From NCBI GenBank assembly GCA_039208735.1, contig JBCCQY010000192.1, positions 1 to 15,019 on the forward strand: DNA of 15,019 nucleotides, written 5' to 3'. Below are positions 5,474 to 14,371 of the stretch, piece after piece (positions within the stretch are counted from its first letter, which is position 1; the number at the start of each line of letters is the position of its first letter). The notes under the pieces are model-generated. The model ran no database searches, was not told where the DNA came from, and saw only the letters and a program-made list of their open reading frames with translations. The stretch comes from Myxococcota bacterium. GTDB taxonomy: Bacteria > Myxococcota_A > UBA796 > GCA-2862545. Made by a program: the position numbers and the translations under genes.

Positions 5474-8110
5474 ATGCGACTCGTGGATTTGGAAGCGGAG
5501 ATTCCCGGAGAAGGCCTTTCGCTCTTCCTCAGCGACGTGGCACCCACCCTCGCCCCATACGCAGACTGTCGCCAGTGGGGCATTCGGGAAGGGACGACTC
5601 TGCTCGAGCACCTTATGAATGGGGCGCTGTTCATCGGGTCAGTGCTTCCCGCCCTGGGCTTTGGGAGCGACGACATCCGGACGTTGCTGGCCGCGTTCAC
5701 GGTCCACGACGCCAACAAGATGCTCGGTGACAATCGGTCTCTGGCGAAGATCAGCCTCGCCTCTGAATTCGAGGAGCTCTGGCGCCGCCATCGGCTGGAT
5801 GCACTCGTGCCCGACTCTGGCCGGGACGAGGTCCGTACGCTCGTGGTCAATACGAGCAACAAGCACGGCAAGCCGTTCGACATGCTCCTCGCCCCTCGAG
5901 ACGAGCAGGACCGGCTGACCCGGCTGCGGCCGGCGCTCATCGCCGCGGACATCCACGACCTCTCGCCTACGTTCGAGGAGCGCAAGCAGAAGGACGTCTT
6001 ACTCGGGCTCATCCGGGAGGCATCAGGCCGAGATCTCGAACTCTTCTACCACCTCGTCGACGAGGACCTCGGAGCCTTCTCCGCCCTCGCTCATACCGCA
6101 GCGGCCCAGGTCCTTCAGGTCAGGGGCTGCATCGAGACCTGGGTCTACCCGGAAGGCAGCTGGTACCTGGGAGAAGCGCATCCCCCCGTCGAGGCAACGG
6201 AGATGGTCGAGGCATGGAGCGCCAGCCGCGAGGAGGTGCTCGGTCGCGGCATCGGGCGCTTCATCGATACCTACGTCAAGGACGGCTTCAAGCTCGACCC
6301 GAGCGCGCTCGCCCGGTACACCGATGCCGCGCTGACCGTCGAGATGGCGGACCACGCCCTCCAGCGAAGCCCCGACGCCCGCTTCAAGACCCTCACGGAG
6401 AAGCGGAGGCCCCGGTACGACGAGCTTCCGGATGGCCTGCAATGGCCTGAGACGCCCCAAGCCACCGTTCCCGGTCGGCTCTGGCTTGCGGCCGAGAACC
6501 TCCTCAAGCAGACGAAACGGAAAAAAGAAGCAACAAAACTCCTTATCGAGTCAGTAGCGGTCGAGAGACCTTCGGTCGCCCAGGTGGGCCACCTCGTGCT
6601 CAAGCACAAGGCTGCGGTCGGGATGCACCCTGTTTCTGATGTTCCCTTCGTGTTCATGGCTTCTCTACCTGGAGACGATGCGCAGCGAGTAGCCTGCAAG
6701 GCGTTCGAGCACGCGTCGCGGATCGTTCGCGAGGAGCTGAACATCGAGGTCGGCACAACGCCGGTCGCTCCAGAGGTTGCCGCGTGGCTTGGTGCAGTGC
6801 GATTCGGTCCCGAGCCCCAGCGGGTCCCGTTGGCCCGGCAGGCTCGCACGGCCCTGGCCCAGTACGCGCAGGGGAACGCCTCGAGCTTCGGCTCGACGAG
6901 AGGCCCGCTGGTGGAACTCAAGACCGACGTCGTCCCGAAGGGCACGCCGGTCTCCCAGTTCTCGAACCGGCAGGGCGCGGGGCGCGGCGATCCCAAGCGT
7001 CAGGTCGATCGACTCCAGTACGAGAGCATCCGTCTGCAGACGAAGACCTCACCCTTTCCGTCCTCGGCACCGTTGTACCTGCACCTCCGCCCGCGACGGG
7101 GGACCACGCCGTTCGGGTGGCGCGCGTCGGCAGGCGCGCTCGGCCGGATCATCGAGGGGCGCGAAGAGACCGGAGTCGGAGGTCAGCTCCGAGCAGCGGA
7201 GAACGGAATGACCATCGACTTCGTTCCCCGCAATTGGGGTGCGCTACCTACCCGCGAACGGCCACTCCACGGGAACGGGGTCACCATGCCCTGGCGTCCC
7301 CTGAACAAGCACACCGAACTCGATGCATGGCTCGACGCACTGATCCTGGCCGTCGCCATCGCCGACCAGCTGTCAGTCAACGTGAGGCTGTCCCGCCAGC
7401 TGCTGGGAGGAGCGCCTGACGACCGCTTGTCGGCGACCGCGATCCCCATCAGCGCTCGCTGGCTCGTCCCGTGCACATGCACCGACGAGGAACTTCCGGC
7501 ACTGATCCAGACGCTGTCGGCACTCCAGGGCCTCGCCGCTCGCTACCCCGGGAAGAACTACGACACCGCCTCGCTGCTCGTACGGGCGGGCTCTCGCGGT
7601 CTATTCCCCTTGTTCGCCGCCCTGACGAAGCGAGCCGCCCTGGCTCCGGTTGGCGCGGTCGACGTGCGTGACCTGTTGCTGCTCTACCCCGAGGAGAAGA
7701 TGACCCAACGAGAACGCGCCGTGTTCCCGGCGCTGGCCGAGATGGCGAGGCTCACGGCCTCAAAGCTGAAGACGAGCGACTACAAGCGAAACGACCTTGC
7801 GCGCCCGCTGAATGAGCTTTTCAAGGCCATCCGCCGTGTGCGATCGCCCGACGACCTCGAGCTCGGTCTCGCGACGGCCGAGGACCGGATCTTCGAGGCC
7901 AAGCGCACCGATTCCCGCCGGCATGGCTTCGAGGTGGGCTCGCCCACGCTGGCCGCTGCCCGGGCGTTCATCGCTAGCGCCCGCACCGTCATCGAGGCCA
8001 GTGGCGGGCCCGTGCGCCTGCGCGCCGATGAGCGGATGCTCCGTTCCGCCTTTGTCGCGCTCGTGCGACGCGAACTCGACGACCGACGCCCTCCCAACGA
8101 CCAGGAGTAG
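5474..8110 (+). CDS. cas10d: Type I-D large subunit Cas10d (Csc3) with N-terminal HD nuclease domain
   Basis: GGAGG SD. N-terminal TLLEHLMNG...TVHDANK...AADIHD HD motifs, YPEGSWY and VSQFSNR...PKR motifs typical of Cas10d. 878 aa, first gene before csc2/csc1. Confidence 0.9.
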   Translation: MRLVDLEAEIPGEGLSLFLSDVAPTLAPYADCRQWGIREGTTLLEHLMNGALFIGSVLPALGFGSDDIRTLLAAFTVHDANKMLGDNRSLAKISLASEFEELWRRHRLDALVPDSGRDEVRTLVVNTSNKHGKPFDMLLAPRDEQDRLTRLRPALIAADIHDLSPTFEERKQKDVLLGLIREASGRDLELFYHLVDEDLGAFSALAHTAAAQVLQVRGCIETWVYPEGSWYLGEAHPPVEATEMVEAWSASREEVLGRGIGRFIDTYVKDGFKLDPSALARYTDAALTVEMADHALQRSPDARFKTLTEKRRPRYDELPDGLQWPETPQATVPGRLWLAAENLLKQTKRKKEATKLLIESVAVERPSVAQVGHLVLKHKAAVGMHPVSDVPFVFMASLPGDDAQRVACKAFEHASRIVREELNIEVGTTPVAPEVAAWLGAVRFGPEPQRVPLARQARTALAQYAQGNASSFGSTRGPLVELKTDVVPKGTPVSQFSNRQGAGRGDPKRQVDRLQYESIRLQTKTSPFPSSAPLYLHLRPRRGTTPFGWRASAGALGRIIEGREETGVGGQLRAAENGMTIDFVPRNWGALPTRERPLHGNGVTMPWRPLNKHTELDAWLDALILAVAIADQLSVNVRLSRQLLGGAPDDRLSATAIPISARWLVPCTCTDEELPALIQTLSALQGLAARYPGKNYDTASLLVRAGSRGLFPLFAALTKRAALAPVGAVDVRDLLLLYPEEKMTQRERAVFPALAEMARLTASKLKTSDYKRNDLARPLNELFKAIRRVRSPDDLELGLATAEDRIFEAKRTDSRRHGFEVGSPTLAAARAFIASARTVIEASGGPVRLRADERMLRSAFVALVRRELDDRRPPNDQE
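7700..8110 (+). CDS. cas11d: Cas11d small subunit translated from an internal in-frame start within cas10d (136 aa)
   Basis: GAGGAG at 7691-7696 followed by ATG at 7700, in frame with cas10d (codon 743). Product MTQRERAVFPALAEMARL... is predicted all-helical. Internal Cas11d initiation is established for type I-D. Confidence 0.75.
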   Translation: MTQRERAVFPALAEMARLTASKLKTSDYKRNDLARPLNELFKAIRRVRSPDDLELGLATAEDRIFEAKRTDSRRHGFEVGSPTLAAARAFIASARTVIEASGGPVRLRADERMLRSAFVALVRRELDDRRPPNDQE

Positions 8111-8113
8111 TCC

Positions 8114-9103
8114 ATGCTGATCCCGTCTCTCTCCAGCCACGCCACCCGCCTGGCGAAGGCCTACGAAAACTACCCGAGGGGCCGGTACGTCCACCTGTTC
8201 CTGATGCGCACCACGCGCTCGGAGACGATCTTTCGGACCGAGGGCAACGGCGAGCCGCTGTGTCGCGAGACACTGTCGTTCGACGGCTCGGAGCAGGTCC
8301 ACATCGTGATGACCAAGCGCAAGCAGGTGGCGGTGGAGCGGCGGACGGGTCGCGAACTCCTGCGACGGCACGCGCTGCTCTTCGCCCCTCCCAAGGCCAA
8401 CGACAAGCTCTGCTCACTCAACACCGGCGCTCCGTGCGAGCGCTGCATGGACTGCTGGCTCTACGGCTACGCCGTCGGCCAGGGCGGGGCGCAGCGATCC
8501 CGAGTGCTTACCGAGGACGCATTCTCGCTGCTGCCCGCCGAAGAGATCACCGACACCCGCACCTTCAACGCCATCTACGAAAACGGCACGATGCGCAACC
8601 CCGAGACAGGCGAGGCCTCTCAGGCCCTTGGGGAGTCAGAGTATGTCCGGCCCCAAAGCCACTTCGCCGACATTCAGGTGCTGCGGGACGTCACCGAAGC
8701 CGAGCTCGTCTACGTCATCGGCAACGTGCTGCGGAGTACGCGCTACGGAGCGATCAGCTCGCGCATCGGGCGCATGGACAACGAGCTACTCGCCATCGCG
8801 TTCTCCGATCAGGAACTCGACAGCACCCTGTCGTGGCTCACGGCCGCGCAGGCGGTGCTCGGGGCCGGGGTCCGCCACCCGCTCGACGACACCCGGGCCC
8901 GAGGGGTCCTCGTCCAGGCCCTCGATTCTGTGGGCGCACACGCTCTCGGACGGGTGGACTGGGTCCGTGGGGCCGAACTCGAGACGTTGATCGGCGAGGT
9001 GCGGGCCGCCTACGAAACAGATCTGGCGTGGCTCGCGACCGCAACCGAGCAGTACCCGGAGCCGCCGAACAAGAAGAATTCTGGCAAGAAGCGGTCGTCA
9101 TGA
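8114..9103 (+). CDS. csc2: Type I-D backbone subunit Cas7/Csc2
   Basis: IFRTEG, MTKRKQVAVERRTGRELLR, C...CERCMDCWLYGYA, SRVLTEDAFS and RYGAISSRIGRMDN are hallmark Csc2 motifs. AGGAG SD. Confidence 0.96.
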   Translation: MLIPSLSSHATRLAKAYENYPRGRYVHLFLMRTTRSETIFRTEGNGEPLCRETLSFDGSEQVHIVMTKRKQVAVERRTGRELLRRHALLFAPPKANDKLCSLNTGAPCERCMDCWLYGYAVGQGGAQRSRVLTEDAFSLLPAEEITDTRTFNAIYENGTMRNPETGEASQALGESEYVRPQSHFADIQVLRDVTEAELVYVIGNVLRSTRYGAISSRIGRMDNELLAIAFSDQELDSTLSWLTAAQAVLGAGVRHPLDDTRARGVLVQALDSVGAHALGRVDWVRGAELETLIGEVRAAYETDLAWLATATEQYPEPPNKKNSGKKRSS

Positions 9104-9828
9104 CCCGGGTGTTTCGGCTCGAGTGGACCTTGCACGAACCCATGCTGTTCGTGTCGCGGGAGTTCGGCTCGCTCTACCAGACCGAGCCGCTGATCGGCCA
9201 CTATGCGCAGAGCTACGCGCTCGGGCTCGCCCAGTCAACGTACCGGCTCGATCGCTCGATTGGGGTGGGGCCACGCTACGCCGACGACCTCGGGCCCCTC
9301 GCCGAACAGGGCGTCTACCTGACCCCGGCGCGCCCGACCGGTCGCGTGCGGCTTCGGTTCGAACGCTTCAACGCGCTCGGGGAGGGCCTCCGAAGCCGGA
9401 TGGACCAGGGGGCCGTGGTTGACGACCTCGACGTCCTGTTGTCGGGCCGAAGCGGCCGCCCGGTGAACCGGCCGCAGCAGGGGGTCTGGCAGCTCGTCGA
9501 GCGGGGATCGCGCTTCGAGTCCTTCCTGATCTGCGACTGCAGCGCGACGCCGCCTGCCGTGGTGCCTTGGGCACGGCTCGGCAAGACGCTCGCGAAGGCG
9601 GCGGTCTCCGTCGCCGAGAGCCCCGAGGTCACCCACGACCACGGCACGTTTGCGTCGGCGGCGTTCCTCGCGGCGACCGATCTCCCCGATGACCTCGAGC
9701 CCCTCACCTACGAACTCGTATCGATCCCACCCGCGCCCATTCTCCGCGATGCGAAGCTCCAGGGGGCATTCCTCGGCACCTCGTTCGGGGCGCTCCCCGC
9801 GTCGCTTAGCTTCCGGTTCGACCCATGA
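9100..9828 (+). CDS. csc1: Type I-D Cas5/Csc1 (242 aa)
   Basis: ATGA overlap with the csc2 stop. TLHEPMLFVSREFG.LYQTE..IGHYA.SYALG, GVYLTPARP, WARLGK and LVSIPPAP motifs. True start is 9100, not 8260. Confidence 0.93.
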   Translation: MTRVFRLEWTLHEPMLFVSREFGSLYQTEPLIGHYAQSYALGLAQSTYRLDRSIGVGPRYADDLGPLAEQGVYLTPARPTGRVRLRFERFNALGEGLRSRMDQGAVVDDLDVLLSGRSGRPVNRPQQGVWQLVERGSRFESFLICDCSATPPAVVPWARLGKTLAKAAVSVAESPEVTHDHGTFASAAFLAATDLPDDLEPLTYELVSIPPAPILRDAKLQGAFLGTSFGALPASLSFRFDP

Positions 9829-12083
9829 TCGAGTTCTTCCTCGAACCATGGATGGAGCCCCTGGCCGCAGAGGCGGATGTGCCCGAGGAAATGCGCTTCG
9901 GCGATTGGCGGTGGCTGTGGCATCAGGTGGAGACGTTCGAGCGGCTCGCGAGATCCCCGCTCGTGGTGAACACGTCGGCCACCGGCACCGGTAAGACTGC
10001 CGCAGCGCACACTCACTTGCTTCGCCTTCCAACTCCCACGATTACGCTCATAGTCGCCCCGACAAACGCGCTCGTCTCGCAACATGCCGCCGACGTCGAG
10101 GCGTTCGTGACGCAGCGGGGGCTTCCGCATCAGGTCATGACGGCCGATGCGGCCTCGCTCGCGCGCCGTCGGGAGAAGACCCCCGAGGCGGCCCACTATA
10201 GCAATGGCCGTGTGTTGCTCGGCATGCTCGAGGGCCACTTCAGGGGCATCGACCCCGGACGTCCCCGCGTGATCGTCACGAACCCTGACATCTTCGTGAG
10301 AGCCGTCGCGTTCGACTACGGGAGCCACGCCCGCAATCTAGCCTCGTCGATCCTGGGCAAACTCGACTACCTCGTGTTGGACGAAGTGCACTACTACGAC
10401 GGTGTGCAGCTCGTGGGCCTGTTCCTGGCCCTCGGCCTGTGGGCGGCGGGGCTCGCCAAGCGACCGGACCGCCGTATCCTCCTGCTCACGGCGACGCCGG
10501 ACGGGGATCTGCTCGATGCACTCGAATCGCTCGAAGCCATGGGGCTCACGGCCAACGTCGTCGACCCAAGCACCGCAGGGGCACACCTCGAGCGCGTTGT
10601 CTCCCTGGCGCCGGTCAATCTCCGCCTCGAGCCGCTCACGACCGAGCCTCCACAGTGGGAGGCCGAGGCCGTGGCGATGGTCGAGAGCGGACGCGACGGA
10701 GTGATCCTCCTCGACCGTCTGGACCAGGTGTCGCGGCTGTACCGCCAACTCGAGCCCCACCTCGGTACGCGCGTCCGACGGATCACAGGCCCGACGCCCG
10801 CCGATGACCGTCGCACCGCGACCCATGCGCCGTTGGTGCTCGCCACCCCGACGGTCGACATCGGCTACAACTTCCACGGCCGCGGGCCGAAGCCGCGTCA
10901 GGCCATCGACCAGGTCTGGTTCCAGGCGCCAACGTTGGACCGGTTCTGGCAGCGGCTCGGGCGAGCCGGCCGGGTGTTGTCGAAGAGCGAGCGAGGCATC
11001 GCCAGTCGCGCGGTAGCCGCAGTCCCCGCCGAGGTCGTTTCGCGACTCGAGGGGACCAGAGGGTCGCTCGGCCGCGACACCTTCGCGAAACACCTGAAGA
11101 CCGCCGCTCACAGGGCCATGGACCGGATGCGCCTCGGGGTTGCCACGGCGCCCGCCAGCGCCGACATGCTGCACCATGCGTGGGCGGGGATGGCCGAGGC
11201 GGCGAGCCGCAGCGACTGGGTGCGGCCGTTCTACGAGCGTTTCCCGCAGGCCCAGGAAGTGCCGTTCAATGATGCCATCGCGCGCGGGCGAGGCCTCCGC
11301 GAACTCGACCGGATCCGTAGGAGGCCCGCAGAGCTGGACACGCGGTGTCGGCTCCGCTGGCTGCCGTGGTTCCGGGATCCGGACGAACGAAAGCTTCTGA
11401 ACCAGTGCAAGCGGGTGTTCCACAACCCTGCCCACCCGCGGCACGGTCTGGCGACGCAGCAGCTTCAGCGCCTGGCGGTGGCTGCGGGTGCCACCCTCGA
11501 CGCCGCGCGGGCGTTCCGGGGGATGGGACCCATCGACGGGGACGTGCTCGCCTGGGACGAACTCGGATTGTACCTGGATACTCCGGGGTGGGTCGCGGTG
11601 TCGCTGGAGCGTCTGCTGCGACGGCACGAGTTCGAGGTGGTCTCGCCCAGCGAGACGACGCGGCTCGGCGCCTCCGATGGGCTCGCCGTCCGACTGCGTG
11701 GAGAACTCGATCGTCCCCGCTCGGTCTCGCTCGTCCTCGAGGAGGCCGACGAGAAGCTGTTCGAGTGGCGACGCGGCCGCGTCTACGGGTGGGACCGTGT
11801 GACGGTCCATGTGGAACGCGAAGGGGCGATGCAGCTCCTCCACGAGGACGTGTATCAGGCGCTGAACGAGCAGTTCCGCCGACGGGGCATCGCCGTGCTC
11901 TTCCCCTTCCGCCCCGGGTTCGCGAAAACGGTCGCCGAGCCCCATCGGATCTGGCCGTGGTCGATCTGGTTGGGGGCGGCCCATCGAGGAGAGCACAAGG
12001 TTGGCTACGTCGGCACGGCCGCCGTCCGCATGGAGGCGCTGCTGCACGCGAGACGGCGGGAGGTCCGATGCCCGGTCGACTGA
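9825..12083 (+). CDS. cas3: Type I-D Cas3' helicase (no HD domain)
   Basis: HQ motif, Walker A ATGTGKT, APTNAL, VTNPDI, DEVH, LTATP, ATPTVDIG, QRLGRAGR. ATGA overlap with csc1. The HD domain resides in Cas10d, as expected for I-D. Confidence 0.95.
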   Translation: MIEFFLEPWMEPLAAEADVPEEMRFGDWRWLWHQVETFERLARSPLVVNTSATGTGKTAAAHTHLLRLPTPTITLIVAPTNALVSQHAADVEAFVTQRGLPHQVMTADAASLARRREKTPEAAHYSNGRVLLGMLEGHFRGIDPGRPRVIVTNPDIFVRAVAFDYGSHARNLASSILGKLDYLVLDEVHYYDGVQLVGLFLALGLWAAGLAKRPDRRILLLTATPDGDLLDALESLEAMGLTANVVDPSTAGAHLERVVSLAPVNLRLEPLTTEPPQWEAEAVAMVESGRDGVILLDRLDQVSRLYRQLEPHLGTRVRRITGPTPADDRRTATHAPLVLATPTVDIGYNFHGRGPKPRQAIDQVWFQAPTLDRFWQRLGRAGRVLSKSERGIASRAVAAVPAEVVSRLEGTRGSLGRDTFAKHLKTAAHRAMDRMRLGVATAPASADMLHHAWAGMAEAASRSDWVRPFYERFPQAQEVPFNDAIARGRGLRELDRIRRRPAELDTRCRLRWLPWFRDPDERKLLNQCKRVFHNPAHPRHGLATQQLQRLAVAAGATLDAARAFRGMGPIDGDVLAWDELGLYLDTPGWVAVSLERLLRRHEFEVVSPSETTRLGASDGLAVRLRGELDRPRSVSLVLEEADEKLFEWRRGRVYGWDRVTVHVEREGAMQLLHEDVYQALNEQFRRRGIAVLFPFRPGFAKTVAEPHRIWPWSIWLGAAHRGEHKVGYVGTAAVRMEALLHARRREVRCPVD

Positions 12084-12796
12084 TCCTATCGCTGACGCCC
12101 CAGCGCAAGGGGCGGCCATCGGGGGCCGTGATCCAAGCGGCGACCCTCGAGGCGATCCGTGGGGTTGCTCCCGAGCTTGCCCAGCGGCTACACGACCACG
12201 GCCCTGCGCCCGCCTACCACACGGCGCTGGTCCAGAAGGACGCGCGGTGGGATCTCCATCTCGGCCTCGCGAAGGACGAAGACATCGAAGAGCTGGTGCG
12301 GGGGTGGATGCGGCGACCGCCTCGCACGGTCCGATTCGGAGATCGGGAGGCGGGTCTGCTGGGGTTGGACGCTTCCGTCGGTATCCGAACCTGGGACGAG
12401 CTGATGACGGGCCGAGCGAAGCACGTTCGCCTGCACTTCCGCAGCCCGACGCTATTCCGCTCGCCGAGCCGAGGGGATGGGGGACCGCGGCCGATCCGGG
12501 TGTTCCCCAGCCCAGAGCGCGTCCTCGATGCCCTTCGGCGCCGATGGGCCGCGCTCGCTCCTTTTCCGCTGGGGGACGAGGCGCTGCCCGCCTTCGCGAG
12601 CGAGTACGACTTCCGTGGGCGGGTCGTGACCTGGGGCAGACCGCATCCGGTGAGCGGCTACGTCGGAACCGTGCGCTGGAACCTCCAAGGCCGATCCCAG
12701 GAAATTGCAGCGTTGTTGAGGCTCGGGACCATCCTCGGTGTGGGGTCCCGAACGACGCGGGGCTGCGGTCACCTGGAGGTCGACTGGGATGGCTGA
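12068..12796 (+). CDS. cas6: Cas6 crRNA-processing endoribonuclease (242 aa)
   Basis: GGAGG SD before ATG 12068. LHFRSPTLFR, FPSPERV..L.RRW, GYVGTVRW and the G-rich loop LGVGSRTTRGCG. Confidence 0.93.
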   Translation: MPGRLILSLTPQRKGRPSGAVIQAATLEAIRGVAPELAQRLHDHGPAPAYHTALVQKDARWDLHLGLAKDEDIEELVRGWMRRPPRTVRFGDREAGLLGLDASVGIRTWDELMTGRAKHVRLHFRSPTLFRSPSRGDGGPRPIRVFPSPERVLDALRRRWAALAPFPLGDEALPAFASEYDFRGRVVTWGRPHPVSGYVGTVRWNLQGRSQEIAALLRLGTILGVGSRTTRGCGHLEVDWDG

Positions 12797-13388
12797 CTTT
12801 CTGCCGATCTCGGCCTTGAACCAGATGCTCTACTGCCCTCACCGGGCGTTTCTGATGCACCGGTGCATGGAGATGGAGGCCAACGCGCACGTCTGGCGAG
12901 GGCGAGCGCTGCACCGGCGAGTCGACCGCGGCGAGACCGAGCAACGCGGCGATTGGGTCATTGAGCGCGCTCGGCCCGTCCAGTCGGTCGAGCACGGGAT
13001 CCGGGGCGTCATCGATCAGCTCGAGCGGTCGGAAGAGCGTGTCCGACTGGTGGAGTTCAAACGAGGACGCGCGCCGAGCGAGGGAGTGTGGCCCAATGAC
13101 CGGATCCAGGTGGCAGCTCAAGCCCTGTGCCTCGCGGGCGAAGGGCTGGTCGTCGACGAAGGCATGATCTACTACCAACGGTCCGGCAAGCGGCGCTCGT
13201 TCTTCCTGACCGCCGACGACTCTGAGGCCGCCTTGGCGGCCTGCCGACGGCTCCGGGCGATCCTCGAAGGTCACGAAATCACCCAGCCCGTCTTCGGTCG
13301 GCGGTGTGACGGGTGCTCGCTGTTCGACATGTGCCTGCCGAACGTAGGCGGGAGCGAAACGCTGTGGCGTGACGGAGGGCCAGCGTGA
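12789..13388 (+). CDS. cas4: Cas4 RecB-like nuclease with Fe-S cluster (199 aa)
   Basis: PISALNQMLYCPHR, GRALH, GVID..., VEFKRG, QVAAQALCL and C-terminal CDGCSLFDMC. ATG 12789 overlaps the cas6 end by 8 nt. Confidence 0.95.
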   Translation: MADFLPISALNQMLYCPHRAFLMHRCMEMEANAHVWRGRALHRRVDRGETEQRGDWVIERARPVQSVEHGIRGVIDQLERSEERVRLVEFKRGRAPSEGVWPNDRIQVAAQALCLAGEGLVVDEGMIYYQRSGKRRSFFLTADDSEAALAACRRLRAILEGHEITQPVFGRRCDGCSLFDMCLPNVGGSETLWRDGGPA

Positions 13389-14368
13389 AGACGTCATTGT
13401 ACCTCGCAACCGAGGACGTCCGGCTCCGTTTGCGGGGCGAGTCCATTGTGGTCGAGCACCTGGAGCCCGGCGGCTCGAGGGAGTGGCGCAAGGCGTCGTC
13501 GACAGAGCGTTTCCCGATGGCGAACCTCGACGCGGTGGTCCTGTCAGCCCGCACTGGGGTAACGGGTCCGCTCCTCGGGCGGCTGTGTGCACGTGTGGAG
13601 CCCCATCCATCGAGGAACGCCCTGGTGCGCCGTGCGCAGGTCCACGCGTCGCTTGACGAGAGCCATGCACTCGCGATCGGGAGGACAATCATCCGGGCGA
13701 AGATCCGCAATCAGCGGGTGTTCCTGAGCCGACACCTGCGGCGGGGGGTGACGCTGGACCCCGCGATCGAGAGGCGCCTGCGGGACAGCGAGGACCGCGT
13801 GAAGGATGCGGCGACGCGCAGTGAGATCATGGGCCACGAGGGCAACGCGGCGCGGACCTACTTCGAAGGGCTACGAGAGCTGCTGACGGGTTCGGGGTTC
13901 GACTTCGGCGGCCGATCGCGACGGCCGCCGACGGATCCGGTCAATGCGCTGCTGTCCTATGGATACGCACTGCTGGCCGCCGACTGCGCCGATGCAGCAG
14001 CGATCGCAGGCTTTGACCCTTACATCGGCTTTCTGCACACCGAACGCTGGGGCCGGGCGGAGCTCGCGCTGGATCTAATGGAGGAGCTGCGGACGCCACT
14101 GGTCGACAGTCTGGTCTGTGGGGCGATCCGGCGGAGGGTCTTCGCGGTCGAGGGGTTCTCTCGATGTCCGGAGGGGGGCGTGCGGATGGAGCAAAAAACG
14201 CGACGGAGCTTCCTGAAACTGTGGGCGCAGCAGAAGCACAGGACGGTGGTGCATCCGGTCGTGGAGGCTCGCCATCCGCTCGCGAAGCTGCCGTTGCTGC
14301 AGGCGCGCCTGCTCGGCAAACACCTGCTTGGGCAGACGGCCACCTACACTCCGTTCGTTTGGAGGTGA
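13385..14368 (+). CDS. cas1: Cas1 integrase (apparent short in-frame deletion in the N-terminal domain)
   Basis: GHEGNAARTYF, RSRRPPTDPVNALLSYGY, DPYIGFLH, LALDLMEELR with catalytic E/H/E intact. GTGA overlap with cas4. Confidence 0.97.
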   Translation: MKTSLYLATEDVRLRLRGESIVVEHLEPGGSREWRKASSTERFPMANLDAVVLSARTGVTGPLLGRLCARVEPHPSRNALVRRAQVHASLDESHALAIGRTIIRAKIRNQRVFLSRHLRRGVTLDPAIERRLRDSEDRVKDAATRSEIMGHEGNAARTYFEGLRELLTGSGFDFGGRSRRPPTDPVNALLSYGYALLAADCADAAAIAGFDPYIGFLHTERWGRAELALDLMEELRTPLVDSLVCGAIRRRVFAVEGFSRCPEGGVRMEQKTRRSFLKLWAQQKHRTVVHPVVEARHPLAKLPLLQARLLGKHLLGQTATYTPFVWR

Positions 14369-14371
14369 GGC

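Noticed and set aside
7171..7200. Resemblance of spacer 1 to a cas10d segment (self-targeting)
   Set aside because: Needs several gaps; only short GC-rich words (agtcgg, ggtcagct, gagcagc) match.
8260..9099. N-terminal extension of the 522-aa ORF
   Set aside because: Overlaps csc2 out of frame and is Arg-rich nonsense; Csc1 similarity begins at ATG 9100.
11345..12067. N-terminal extension of the 483-aa ORF
   Set aside because: Overlaps cas3'; Cas6 starts at ATG 12068 with its own SD.
10338..13688. 1116-aa minus-strand ORF
   Set aside because: Antisense shadow of cas3'/cas6/cas4/cas1 in GC-rich DNA; no recognisable motifs.
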